Assembly (NCBI GenBank): GCA_028140145.1
Contig: JAOIOC010000004.1
Coordinates: 17,067-81,066, forward strand
Length of the DNA stretch: 64,000 bases
Direction: 5' to 3'
Source: SAR86 cluster bacterium
Lineage (GTDB): Bacteria > Pseudomonadota > Gammaproteobacteria > Magnimaribacterales > AG-339-G14
Shown: positions 28,911 to 39,102 of the stretch, in pieces
How the letters are laid out: every line of letters starts with the position of its first letter
Position numbering within the stretch: the first letter of the stretch is position 1
Made by a program: the position numbers and the translations under genes
Notes under the pieces: model-generated
What the model was told of the DNA's origin: nothing
Databases searched by the model: none
Seen by the model: the letters and a program-made list of their open reading frames with translations, nothing else

Positions 28911-30190
28911 ATTACCTATCATCTAAGCTGTATGAGAAAAAATCATACGGTTACTTTGTCCTAGGAGTTTTAACTACCGTTTATAGTTTTAACTTCATCG
29001 ACAGACAGCTTCTAGTAATTCTCCAAGAATCTATCAAGGCAGAAATGGGTTTATCTGATACTCAGCTAGGACTTTTGTCTGGTTTCTCTTTTGCAATATT
29101 TTATGTTTCCTTTGGTATCCCGTTAGCAAAATTAGCTGATACTTGGATAAGGAGAGATGTCATAGCCATTTCTTTAACTATTTGGAGTTCGATGACTGCT
29201 GTTAGTGGATTTGCTCAAAATTTTATACATCTATTGCTAGCAAGAATTGGTGTTGCTATTGGAGAAGCTGGAGGCAGCCCTCCAGCACATGCTATGGTCT
29301 CTGATATTTTTAATCAGGAGCAAAGAGCGACAGCTTTAGCGATTTATTCAACCGGTATTAACATTGGAATATTATTTGGTTTTTTATTAGGTGGCTGGAT
29401 AAATGAATTTTATGGATGGCGTACCGCTTTTCTTGTTGTTGGACTTCCGGGGATAGCTTTAGCTATTTTCTTGAAATTAGCTGTAGCTGAACCTGATAGA
29501 GGTATGGCCGAAGAAAAAATTGACGATGGAAGTGCTCCAAAACTTAAAGAGACACTCAAGCATTTATGGTCAAGAAAATCATTTAGACACCTATCCATTG
29601 CATGCGGGATTCATGCTTTTGTTTCCTATGGGGCAGGTAATTTCCTTCCCTCATTATTTTTAAGATTGCATGATATTGAGACAGGGGAGCTGGGAACTTG
29701 GTTAGCATTAAGTTCTGTTGCAGGTGGAGTAGGAACCTTTATGGGTGGTTATCTCTCAGATAAATTAGGTAAGCAAGACCCTAGATGGTATCAATGGGTG
29801 CCTGCGATAACTACACTTATCTATCTTCCCTTTACTTTATTTATATATTTAACAGATCAAACTTATTTAGCTTTGATGACTACTTTTATCACAGGCATGC
29901 TATTCAATGCTTATTTAGCTCCAAATTTAGCAATAACTCACTCGTTGGTTGGATTAAGAATGAGGGCAATGTCCTCTGCGATATTATTCTTTATTCTTAA
30001 TTTCATTGGTTTAGGATTTGGTCCAATGGTTATTGGCTTTGTCAGTGATATGATTAATCCAACTTACGGAATAGAGTCTATACGCTATGCGTTACTTATC
30101 GTAATTCCTATTTCAACTGTATGGTCTGCCACTCATTATTTTATTGCTGCCAAGCATATTAGAGATGATCTAGAATTAGCACCAAAATAA
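28907..30190 (+). CDS. MFS transporter, Spinster (Spns)-like
   Basis: FNFIDRQLLVILQESIKAEMGLSDTQLGLLSG, LADTWIRR and ARIGVAIGEAGGSPPAHAMVSDIF fit the Spns-like MFS pattern. 12 TM segments. Confidence 0.8.
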   Translation: MNYLSSKLYEKKSYGYFVLGVLTTVYSFNFIDRQLLVILQESIKAEMGLSDTQLGLLSGFSFAIFYVSFGIPLAKLADTWIRRDVIAISLTIWSSMTAVSGFAQNFIHLLLARIGVAIGEAGGSPPAHAMVSDIFNQEQRATALAIYSTGINIGILFGFLLGGWINEFYGWRTAFLVVGLPGIALAIFLKLAVAEPDRGMAEEKIDDGSAPKLKETLKHLWSRKSFRHLSIACGIHAFVSYGAGNFLPSLFLRLHDIETGELGTWLALSSVAGGVGTFMGGYLSDKLGKQDPRWYQWVPAITTLIYLPFTLFIYLTDQTYLALMTTFITGMLFNAYLAPNLAITHSLVGLRMRAMSSAILFFILNFIGLGFGPMVIGFVSDMINPTYGIESIRYALLIVIPISTVWSATHYFIAAKHIRDDLELAPK

Positions 30191-30191
30191 A

Positions 30192-30977
30192 ATGTCAAAA
30201 AAAATTCTAATATTTTTATCAATAGCTTTATTTCTGTACTTGTTTGATTGGTTTTTAAACAATGACAATGAAAATATGATTTACGTTAGCGATAACGACA
30301 TTGATTTTCTGGTGGCTACTTGGAACGATCAAATGCAAAGACCCCCAAGTGAAGAAGAGCTAAAGACCATTATAGAAAACTTTATACAAAACGAAGTTTT
30401 ATATCGAGAAGCCTTGAAACTAAATTTAGATAGAGGAGATATTATTGTCAAAAGAAGACTTGTTCAAAAATTAGGTTTTTTGAAACAAGAAGAAGGTGTG
30501 AAAATCCCGAATGATAAAGAGTTAAAAAAATTTTTTGATGAGAATAAAAGTGAATTTAGGATTCCTAAAAGGTTAAGTTTTAACCATATCTTTTTCTCAA
30601 AAGAATCTCGCTCATTAAAGGAAGTAAAACAATACCTAGAAGATAAAAATATAAAGGGCGATCCATTTTTATTAGGAAGAAATTTTTCAGATAAAACCAT
30701 AAGACAAATACAAAGAGATTTCGGAGATAAGTTTGCCGCTTCATTGGATGAACTAACAACTCTTAAAAACGATCTCATAATTGAATCTATTTATGGGTGG
30801 CACATAGTAAATGTATCTAACATTGAAGTTTCTTATTTACCTGAATTTAATTTCATCAAAGATAAACTTTTAGATACTTATTTATTAGTAAAAAAGGATG
30901 AAGTCTTAAAAAAGTATACAGAGGATTTAATAAAATCTTACGACGTATCTTTAAGCAAAAAATATAGTTTTGAGTAA
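30192..30977 (+). CDS. PpiC/rotamase-like protein with N-terminal membrane anchor
   Basis: EVLYREALKLNLDRGDIIVKRRLVQKLGFL and SIYGWHIVNV resemble the Rotamase_2-type proteins commonly found next to HupE/UreJ_2 genes. Assigned by motif only. Confidence 0.5.
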   Translation: MSKKILIFLSIALFLYLFDWFLNNDNENMIYVSDNDIDFLVATWNDQMQRPPSEEELKTIIENFIQNEVLYREALKLNLDRGDIIVKRRLVQKLGFLKQEEGVKIPNDKELKKFFDENKSEFRIPKRLSFNHIFFSKESRSLKEVKQYLEDKNIKGDPFLLGRNFSDKTIRQIQRDFGDKFAASLDELTTLKNDLIIESIYGWHIVNVSNIEVSYLPEFNFIKDKLLDTYLLVKKDEVLKKYTEDLIKSYDVSLSKKYSFE

Positions 30978-31926
30978 ATTAATTTTTTATTTATTTTTGT
31001 TGGTTTTTGCGAGCTTTGAAGTCAATTCTCATGAGTTTACACCTGCACAACTTGAAATTACTCAAATTTCCGAATCTGACTATTTAGTCAACTGGAAATT
31101 TCCCTTAAATCAATCTTCTAAATCAAAAATAAATTTTCCTGAATTTTGCTCTTCTGAAGATGATTTATTTCCAAAAAGAAGTGGAAAATATTTATTAGAA
31201 ATAATTGAATTAAATTGTGCAAAACCTCTTAAAGGATCCACTTTGAATGTCACTAATATGTCATTTATGACAGATGTGATGGTGACAATTAGATTTATTA
31301 ACGATGAAATCTTTCAAGACTACATTACTTCGGAAAATACAGACTTAGTTATACCAAATGAAGTTGAATACTCTAACTTTTCATATTTATTCATGGGATT
31401 TGAACATCTGCTGGGAGGGTATGATCATATCTTATTTGTATTTGGATTGGTTTTTCTAATTAGCGGTTGGTTTAATTTAATAAAAACAATTACATCCTTT
31501 ACGGTTGCTCATAGCATTACTTTGGCCTTGTCTTCTCTGGGCGTAGTTAGATTACCTCAAACTGCAACCGAAGCAGTGATTGCTTTGACAATAATTTACC
31601 TAGCCTATGAGATTTTAGATAAAAAAGATTTAAGAAAAATTCCTTGGCATATACCATTTGGATTTGGATTAATTCATGGGTTTGGGTTTGCTGGTGCTCT
31701 AATGGAAATTGGATTTTCAGGGCAAAGCTTATTTCAAACTTTATTGTTGTTTAATGTAGGCATTGAATTAGCCCAGCTGAGTTTGTTGCCAATAATTTTT
31801 TCTTTGATTTTTCTTTTTTCAAAAATGAATCTACGAAATGAATTTAAAATAATATCTGCTTTTGCGATAGGAGGCATAAGCAGTTATTGGTTTATTGAAA
31901 GAACTTTAAATTTATTTATTGCATAA
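30970..31926 (+). CDS. HupE/UreJ_2-family membrane protein
   Basis: Signal peptide, a soluble N-domain, then FEHLLGGYDHILFVFGL (HxxxGxDH) and five TM segments. 8-nt overlap with the upstream gene. Confidence 0.65.
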   Translation: MSKLIFYLFLLVFASFEVNSHEFTPAQLEITQISESDYLVNWKFPLNQSSKSKINFPEFCSSEDDLFPKRSGKYLLEIIELNCAKPLKGSTLNVTNMSFMTDVMVTIRFINDEIFQDYITSENTDLVIPNEVEYSNFSYLFMGFEHLLGGYDHILFVFGLVFLISGWFNLIKTITSFTVAHSITLALSSLGVVRLPQTATEAVIALTIIYLAYEILDKKDLRKIPWHIPFGFGLIHGFGFAGALMEIGFSGQSLFQTLLLFNVGIELAQLSLLPIIFSLIFLFSKMNLRNEFKIISAFAIGGISSYWFIERTLNLFIA

Positions 31927-31957
31927 AAAAAGGAGATTAAAAAATCTCCTTTTTTTA
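31925..31957. terminator. Bidirectional intrinsic terminator
   Basis: AAAAAA-AGGAGATT-aaaa-AATCTCCT-TTTTTT between convergent genes. Confidence 0.7.
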
Positions 31958-31967
31958 AAACTTTAAT

Positions 31968-32582
31968 TTAGTTTAGCGGATTAGAATCCGGTTGAAACTC
32001 ATAGTAACCTTCTACAGGGATCATTAAGTGAGCATAAGGAGTCCCTTTAAACATCTGATAGGGCGCTCCTGTCGTAAAATCAGTAGGGAAATTTTCTATA
32101 GTTTTTGTATCTTTCGGCATCAACATTAAGTGAGGCCCTGACTCGATAAAGTGTCCCATCATTTTTGCTTTATCGTGATCGCCTCCATAGAAGCTTGAAT
32201 TCATATTATCCTCACCCATATCACCATTTAGCATCCAAATGTAAGCATCTCTTTTCATGTTTGGTTTCCCACCAGTCATGTAAGCTTCAGCCCACTTAAA
32301 ACCTTCTTCATCAGCACAAAGGGTATTTCCATGTTGAGGAGTTTCAAAACCTCCTTCAGGCATTTCTAATGTAGCGGTGCAGGTCCATCCATTAGATCCT
32401 TCTCGTAACACTTTTCCGTCTCCTCCAACGATTGTTGCAAATTCACCTATAAAATCAGGTGCAGCCTTGCTATAGGCCCAAATTTGCCACTCATCAGAAT
32501 CATGAGACACATTAGGTTCATCTGATGTTGATGTAGAACAGGATATTAAGAAAACAATTAATAAACCAATTACATATTTCAT
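31968..32582 (-). CDS. Lipoprotein, function unknown
   Basis: MKYVIGLLIVFLISCSTS has a lipobox (LISC). Start set to ATG 32582 with GGAG 6 nt upstream. I recognise no family. Confidence 0.6.
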   Translation of the reverse strand: MKYVIGLLIVFLISCSTSTSDEPNVSHDSDEWQIWAYSKAAPDFIGEFATIVGGDGKVLREGSNGWTCTATLEMPEGGFETPQHGNTLCADEEGFKWAEAYMTGGKPNMKRDAYIWMLNGDMGEDNMNSSFYGGDHDKAKMMGHFIESGPHLMLMPKDTKTIENFPTDFTTGAPYQMFKGTPYAHLMIPVEGYYEFQPDSNPLN

Positions 32583-32680
32583 ATTTAACTCCATTTAATC
32601 CTTATTAAAACCTTTTTTCATACTCTTGAGAAGTTGAATTATAGTTTAAATAGAACGTGTATAATCAAATTTCATAAAAA

Positions 32681-32755
<75 letters not shown>

Positions 32756-32764
32756 CTGAATAAT

Positions 32765-33916
32765 ATGAATATCCAAAATAAAATAAAAGAGAAAATAGAT
32801 CAAGAAAACATACCTTTTGCTTCATTCGCTGTTACCAATGAGCACGAAACAGTATTACATGAGCACTATGGCAATCAACTCGAAGGAGAAGATAAACCGC
32901 CTTCGAACAGCACTATTTACAGAATTGCATCGATGACAAAGCCTATTGTTACCTTTGCAGCACTAAAGTGTGTTGAACTTGGACTGATTGATTTAGATAA
33001 ACCTGTTCATAATTTTCATTCAGATCTAAAAGATTTAGAGGTAGGAAAACTTCAAGATGGAAAAGTTATTTATGAAAAAGCTAATAAGGACATCACACTT
33101 CATCATTTGCTAGCTCATACTTCAGGATTTGCATATGATTTTCATGACCCTCTACTTGCTCACCTTATCTTAGAAGAAAAGATCGCTCCTCTCACAGATA
33201 AAGAAGGTAAATTTATTAATGTTCCGCTTTCATATCATCCTGACTCTAGATGGGAATATGGGGTCGGTCTTGATTGGGTTGGAGTCATTTTAGAAAAATT
33301 ATTAAATAAAAATTTAGAAGAGATTTGTAGGGAATTTGTCTTTGATCCTCTTGGAATGAACGATACTTCTTTCGATCCTGACTTTTTAGGAAAAGATAGA
33401 TTGGCAGAAATGCATCTTATGGATAATGGAAATTTTATTCATTCCACCGGTCTTTTTGATGATTCTGTTCAGTCATTTTTTAGTGGTGGCGGTGGAATTC
33501 TTTCTAATCCATCTGACTATTGTAAATTTATGAGAATTTTCCTTTCAGATACAAATCCACTTTTATCTGATTCACTTACTTCTCTTATGACCACAAATCA
33601 AATTGGCGATTTAAATTATTCCTATCAACCTACGTTTAATCCTGTTTTGATTCATGGCAACGAATGGTTTCCGGAGATAAAGAAAAAATGGGGATACGGA
33701 TTTTTGATTAACGAAGAGGATATACCCGAGAGAAGAAAAAAAGGATCTTTATCATGGTCAGGTATTTTTAATACTTATTTTTGGATTGATCCACAATCAA
33801 AAATTGCCGGTACTGTAATGATGCAATTATCACCGCATTACGATGAAAAATGTAAAGGTTTATTAGAAGTAATGGAAAAAGCTGTTTATGAAGAGATGAA
33901 ATTAATCTTTGAATAA
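32765..33916 (+). CDS. Beta-lactamase-family serine hydrolase (class C/esterase-like)
   Basis: SxxK in IASMTKPIV, HTSGF, and GGGGILS late in the protein. Start moved to ATG 32765 because the track ORF begins inside tRNA-Gly. Confidence 0.85.
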   Translation: MNIQNKIKEKIDQENIPFASFAVTNEHETVLHEHYGNQLEGEDKPPSNSTIYRIASMTKPIVTFAALKCVELGLIDLDKPVHNFHSDLKDLEVGKLQDGKVIYEKANKDITLHHLLAHTSGFAYDFHDPLLAHLILEEKIAPLTDKEGKFINVPLSYHPDSRWEYGVGLDWVGVILEKLLNKNLEEICREFVFDPLGMNDTSFDPDFLGKDRLAEMHLMDNGNFIHSTGLFDDSVQSFFSGGGGILSNPSDYCKFMRIFLSDTNPLLSDSLTSLMTTNQIGDLNYSYQPTFNPVLIHGNEWFPEIKKKWGYGFLINEEDIPERRKKGSLSWSGIFNTYFWIDPQSKIAGTVMMQLSPHYDEKCKGLLEVMEKAVYEEMKLIFE

Positions 33917-34558
33917 CTGATCAGCAACATAAGGGTTAGTTTTCTTTTCTTGACCAAATGTTGATAAAGGACCATGTCCTGGTACAAAAGTAGTATCATC
34001 ATCTAACTTCCAAAGTTTATTTCTAATAGAGTCTATAAGGCTCTGAGTATTTCCCCTTGGCAGATCAGTTCGTCCTATAGAACCTTGAAATAATACATCA
34101 CCAACGATAGCAATTTTTGCATCAGCTTGGTGGAATACAACGTGGCCAGGAGTATGACCTGGACAGTGATATACATCAAAAGAAATTCCATCTAATTCAA
34201 TCTTATCCCCATCATCCAACCACCTATCAGGCAGAAAATTTTTTGTTCCAGGCACACCATACATTTTGCCTTGATCTTCTAAACCTGAAATTAAAAATTC
34301 ATCATCAGGATGAGGACCTTCTATTTTTACATCGTGTTCTTGAGATAAATTAAAAGCACCTCCAGCATGATCTAAGTGCCCATGAGTAATAAAGATTTTT
34401 ACTAAGTTCAAATTATTCTTGGATAAAAAATCATTGATTTTATCCAGATCACCGCCTGGATCTGTGACCGCTGCATTTTTAGTATTTTCATTCCAAATAA
34501 CACAGCTATTTTGCATTAAAGGAGTGACAGGGATAATTGCTACTTTTAGGTTTTCCAT
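33902..34558 (-). CDS. MBL-fold metallo-hydrolase (glyoxalase II-like)
   Basis: HxHxDH in THGHLDHAGG, CPGHTPGH, GDVLF, PGHGP. Confidence 0.85.
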   Translation of the reverse strand: MENLKVAIIPVTPLMQNSCVIWNENTKNAAVTDPGGDLDKINDFLSKNNLNLVKIFITHGHLDHAGGAFNLSQEHDVKIEGPHPDDEFLISGLEDQGKMYGVPGTKNFLPDRWLDDGDKIELDGISFDVYHCPGHTPGHVVFHQADAKIAIVGDVLFQGSIGRTDLPRGNTQSLIDSIRNKLWKLDDDTTFVPGHGPLSTFGQEKKTNPYVADQLFKD

Positions 34559-34573
34559 GATCTAATTATACAT

Positions 34574-35605
34574 ATGGAATATAAACATCTTAATGGAAAT
34601 GGATTAAAAATCGGCGCAGCAATTGAAGGTGAGGGTCCTTTAATTGTTTTGGTTCACGGATGGCCTGAAAGTTGGTATAGCTGGAGACATCAAATACCTT
34701 TTCTAGCATCGCTAGGTTATAAAGTTGCCGCAATCGATGTAAGAGGATATGGCCAATCTGATAAGCCTTACGAAATTGCTGAATATTCTATGAAAAATTT
34801 AACTTCGGATGTCATTTCAGTAATAGAAGATCTTGGATACTCTGATGCAATTCTATTTGGCCATGACTGGGGAGCACCAATAGTCTGGAATACTGCGGCT
34901 CTTTACCCTGATAAAATTTCTGCTGTTGGCGCATTATCAGTTCCCTACACAGGCAGAGGACCAATGTCTTCCATTGATTTATGGAAAATGCTGTACAAAG
35001 GGAAATTTTTCTATCAACTATATTTTCAAGAAGAAGGCGTTGCTGAAGAAGAATTTGAAAAGGATTTAAAAAATGCTCTAGAGCTTACATATTTCTCAAG
35101 CGACGGAAGAGGGATGTCTTTCTTAGCTGAAAATGCTGATAATCCCAAATATCAAAAAAATGTAAATTCAAAATTTTTGGATTGTCTGCCTGCATTTGAT
35201 GATTATCCAGATTGGATTAACAAGGAAGAATTAATGTTCTTTGTAAAAGAATTTGAAAACTCTGGAATGAGAGGCCCTCTGAATAGATATCGTGCTCAAA
35301 CTATTGATTATGAAGAATTAGTTGAGTTAGAAACTGCAAAAATATCTCAACCTTCTTGTTTTATTTCTGGAACTTTAGATCCCGTTGCATTTTTCTTAAA
35401 AAATTCAATTCAAGATGGGGCAGGGAAAGGGGCATTTCATGGTCCAACAGCTGAATCAATGACCAAAGAAATGCTAGAGAAGAGAAGTGATTTATATGAA
35501 GATCTACGAATCGTTAAATTTATCGATGGTGTGGGGCATTGGACGCAACAAGAAGCACCTCACACAGTCAATGAAAACTTCGAAAAGTTCTTGAAGAGTA
35601 TATAA
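34574..35605 (+). CDS. Alpha/beta epoxide hydrolase, like the C-terminal domain of mammalian soluble epoxide hydrolase
   Basis: [38 protein letters not shown] compares with human sEH [38 protein letters not shown]. Nucleophile in GHDWGA. C-terminal GHW. Confidence 0.85.
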   Translation: [343 protein letters not shown]

Positions 35606-35607
35606 GT

Positions 35608-38100
35608 TTAAGCTGTTAGTTTTTTATCTATTTGGAGGCTAAGTCTATTTTTGTGATTTCGAGTCTCATCGTTAGACGATTGCCTTCTGAGCAGCCTTTG
35701 AATTTTTAATAGCTCACCAAATGCAGCAGATTGAGCAACTTCATCGTATTTTTTAAGGTTAGTGATGGATATGAGTTTACTAACATAAGTTGCTTGAAGA
35801 TTCTGAGTAATAGTATCTATTTCTTTCATCTTTTCTCTTGGAAAGATTCCTTTTGTTAAGTCGCTCATCATCTCAGAAACGTTATAGTCATTTCCATAAA
35901 AAGAAGAATCCGTAATTCTTCTCAATACATCTTTATTGGTTAAATGATTAAGAATTCTTTTATGACCGGAAAGAATGTAATCATGAAATTTAGGATCTTC
36001 GTTCTCATCATAAAAATCAAATCCTCTTCTTTCTCGTTGCATGTAAGCTGCGACTGACTCAAGAGGCTTTAATCCTTCACTGTTAAAAGCATATTTGTTC
36101 AATGTATCCATAGCTTTTTTTTGTATTTTGTAAGGAACGGCTTCATAAGGTTTTTTTGCCGATTTTGTATTCGAAGGATGACGAGTGACATAGACACCCC
36201 CGATCTGCCTAGATACGACATCCATACTGGTAATAATTTGTCTCATCAATATAAAATAAGATTGATATACAGATTCCCAAGTATCTGATTTGGATTTAAT
36301 TTTTTCTACTATTCCTGGCATTATTTCCTGAACAAGCTTGTATCTACCGATAGCATATTCAACTGGATCATCACTCATATCACCTATATTTACTCTTGGA
36401 TCAATTCCTCTGCCAGGTGATCTCATATCGTCAGCATCATTGCCAAAAAAATGACCTTTCTCTTGCGACCTGTTTAATATGTTCTGTATTTCTTCTTCGG
36501 ATAAATTTGGGGTATAAGCAAACTCGATTGCCCATTGGTCGTAAAGACCAGGTTTTATATCAGAAAACTGTCCTTGTTCGACGCCTGGAGGTGCAATGTT
36601 GATTGCATGATAATCCATAACTGAGGCAGATAGTCCTTCTTCATAAGTTATTTCTGGATTATGAACATCTTCATTGTTGTGCAGAGTCGTTGCTCCCATA
36701 TTATGGTTAAGTCCGAGAGTATGGCCAACCTCATGAAGTATTAACATAGTTAGTTCTTCTTCAAATAACTTATCGGTATCTTCAAGTGAGAAGTTCATTG
36801 AATCAGCAACCAAATTACCAAAAATTCTTTGTTCGTTTCTCATGGATGAGAAATTACATCGTTCAGATGAAATTTCAGAAGATAGAAATATATCTTCGTA
36901 TCTCATTCTATTGGTTAGAAAAATCCATTCCAACATAATATCCGCAGATAAAATTTCTCCAGTTCTAGGATTAGAAAAACTAGGCCCGTAACCCCCAAAC
37001 GGTGGGTTGGGAGATGAAGTCCACCTTAATACGTTGTATCTGATATCACCTGCATCCCAATCAGCATCATCTGGTTGAATATCAACTTCGATTGCATCAA
37101 TAAAACCAGCTTTTTCAAAAGCTATGTTCCACGCGAGTACAGCTTTTTTTATCAGAGGTCTTAATTCATTAGGAGTGGTATTTTCCAACCAAAATTTTAT
37201 AGGTTTGATTGGTTTTGATTTAACAGAATCAGGATTTTGTTTTTGAAGGTTCCATTTCTGAACCAAGTCTCTATAAGGAGTAATTTCTGTGGAACTTAAA
37301 TCTGTTACTCTGTCTGTAAAATAACCTATTCTCGGATCCTCGAAACGTATTTCAAACCCATTATCTTGTGGCATTTCAAGAAATGTATATCTTAATTTCA
37401 CCGATGTATTTCTTAATGATTCATAGCTTGCAGGATTTGAAAAAACATAATCAACTTCAAAATCGGTATTTTTTGGATAATTGTAAATTTTGGAAATAGC
37501 GGTCTTAGATCTTGACAAGGATCCAACCTGAAAGCTATCTGAATCATAATCTCTTGGTTCAGATTTTAACTTGGTTAAATTATCACTTTTCAATAATTTA
37601 GTGATATCAATAAGATAAGTAGTTTCATCATCATTTTTGTGAGTAATCTCAAAATTTTCTATAACTGAATCGCTTATATTAGATTGAGATTGCCTACTAA
37701 GTTCTGAGTTAGGATCAAAATAAAATCCCGTATTCACTCTTATAAGATTTAAGCTATTAAATTGCTTTTCAAATTTAATAACTGCTTGATCTAAATGACT
37801 CCCTTTGAACAGTCCTGCTTCGACAGTCCCATTGATAATATGAGCAAAATAAATAAATTCTTTTGAGATATCTTCATCACTCAATTCTAAGTAAGTATTT
37901 CCATTTTCTGGGTCTTGATAGCTTTTTAGCAAGCCTTCATAAAAAATAAATTCTTCAACAAATTCTGAGATGAGTTCTCTGTCGTCTTTTTTTGACTCTT
38001 CTTTAGCTTCCTCTTCATTTGAACCATCTTCTGATGTATTTGCAATGATCTCAAAGGACAAAAGTAGACTCAAAAAAACTAGTAAAATTTTAATCTTCAT
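35608..38100 (-). CDS. Secreted zinc metalloprotease (large, metzincin-type site)
   Basis: HEVGHTLGLNHN (HExxHxxGxxH) and signal peptide MKIKILLVFLSLLLSFEIIA. ATG 38100 preferred over the TTG at 38109. Confidence 0.8.
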   Translation of the reverse strand: MKIKILLVFLSLLLSFEIIANTSEDGSNEEEAKEESKKDDRELISEFVEEFIFYEGLLKSYQDPENGNTYLELSDEDISKEFIYFAHIINGTVEAGLFKGSHLDQAVIKFEKQFNSLNLIRVNTGFYFDPNSELSRQSQSNISDSVIENFEITHKNDDETTYLIDITKLLKSDNLTKLKSEPRDYDSDSFQVGSLSRSKTAISKIYNYPKNTDFEVDYVFSNPASYESLRNTSVKLRYTFLEMPQDNGFEIRFEDPRIGYFTDRVTDLSSTEITPYRDLVQKWNLQKQNPDSVKSKPIKPIKFWLENTTPNELRPLIKKAVLAWNIAFEKAGFIDAIEVDIQPDDADWDAGDIRYNVLRWTSSPNPPFGGYGPSFSNPRTGEILSADIMLEWIFLTNRMRYEDIFLSSEISSERCNFSSMRNEQRIFGNLVADSMNFSLEDTDKLFEEELTMLILHEVGHTLGLNHNMGATTLHNNEDVHNPEITYEEGLSASVMDYHAINIAPPGVEQGQFSDIKPGLYDQWAIEFAYTPNLSEEEIQNILNRSQEKGHFFGNDADDMRSPGRGIDPRVNIGDMSDDPVEYAIGRYKLVQEIMPGIVEKIKSKSDTWESVYQSYFILMRQIITSMDVVSRQIGGVYVTRHPSNTKSAKKPYEAVPYKIQKKAMDTLNKYAFNSEGLKPLESVAAYMQRERRGFDFYDENEDPKFHDYILSGHKRILNHLTNKDVLRRITDSSFYGNDYNVSEMMSDLTKGIFPREKMKEIDTITQNLQATYVSKLISITNLKKYDEVAQSAAFGELLKIQRLLRRQSSNDETRNHKNRLSLQIDKKLTA

Positions 38101-38163
38101 AAACACCAACAGGCTGGCTATTATAAACTCACTAACTATAATTTTTAATTAAATCTTTATTCC

Positions 38164-38883
38164 ATGAAAAATCTAAATCGATTACTTGATCTAGCTAAAA
38201 TTGTATTGAATGAAATCTTTGATTATCTAGTTTCATATTTTGGTGTAAAAAAATTCAAGGTTGATACCGTTAAAGACCTTGTTTTAGTTAAAGATAATAA
38301 AAATAATCCGCAAGCTATTTTAGATACGATAGATCATTTTGGATGGAATAGAGCTTTTTTGATGAATATTGGTGATGAAAAGGGTCTTCTACTTGAAAAT
38401 GCAATTAAAGAAAAAAAACCTAATAATTGTTTGGAACTGGGAGTCTACTTAGGATATTCGTCTATCAGGATTTTAAGAAATCTTAAAGAAAACTCGATGC
38501 TAACTTCGATAGAGGCTAGTAATAAATACTACGAAATATCTCAAGAAATTGTTTCTCATTCTGGCCTCAGCGATCAATGGAAACCATTAAAGGGCAAGGC
38601 AAAAAATGTTATTCCTCTCTTAAAAGAAAAATATGATTTTGTATTTTTAGATCATTGGAAGGATGAATATTTATCCGACTTAAGAGCGTTACAATGCTTA
38701 GAATTGCTTAATGATGAGGCTGTAATATTTGCCGACAATGTTGTTTTATTCAATATGGAAGATTATTTATCTTATGTTAGAGATTCATCATTTTTTAAGA
38801 GTAAATTTGTACCTACAAAGAGAGAATATTCAAAGACTCAGCCAGACGGAATAGAGATTTCAATTTTTAAAAAAGATGACTAA
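38164..38883 (+). CDS. Catechol O-methyltransferase, animal-COMT-like
   Basis: Collinear with my memory of rat and human COMT: PQAILDTIDHF/PQSVLEAIDTY, MNIGDEKG/MNVGDKKG, LELGVYLGYSS/LELGAYCGYSA, FLDHWKDEYL/FLDHWKDRYL (Mg-binding Asp and catalytic Lys), ADNVV/ADNVI (Asp-Asn Mg ligands). Confidence 0.9.
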   Translation: MKNLNRLLDLAKIVLNEIFDYLVSYFGVKKFKVDTVKDLVLVKDNKNNPQAILDTIDHFGWNRAFLMNIGDEKGLLLENAIKEKKPNNCLELGVYLGYSSIRILRNLKENSMLTSIEASNKYYEISQEIVSHSGLSDQWKPLKGKAKNVIPLLKEKYDFVFLDHWKDEYLSDLRALQCLELLNDEAVIFADNVVLFNMEDYLSYVRDSSFFKSKFVPTKREYSKTQPDGIEISIFKKDD

Positions 38884-39100
38884 TCTAAAATTAGATCTGC
38901 ATGGGTTTCGTCACCATGAAGTTCCTTTAAAGGTTGAAAATTTTTTATATCTTAACCAAGAGAATATGCCCATCCTAATAATCTGTGGTAACAGCCAAAA
39001 GATGATATCCATAGTAAAAGATGTTCTTGAAGATATAGATTGTACTTTTGAAGTAGGTTCTGGGATAAACTATGGTTGTATTATTGTTCGTAAAATCTAA
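38876..39100 (+). CDS. Stand-alone minimal Smr-domain protein (74 aa)
   Basis: LDLHGFRHHEVPLKVENFL...ILIICGNS fits the Smr pattern LDLHGxxxxEAxxxxxxFL...IIHGKG. 8-nt overlap with the COMT-like gene. Confidence 0.55.
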   Translation: MTNLKLDLHGFRHHEVPLKVENFLYLNQENMPILIICGNSQKMISIVKDVLEDIDCTFEVGSGINYGCIIVRKI

Positions 39101-39102
39101 CT

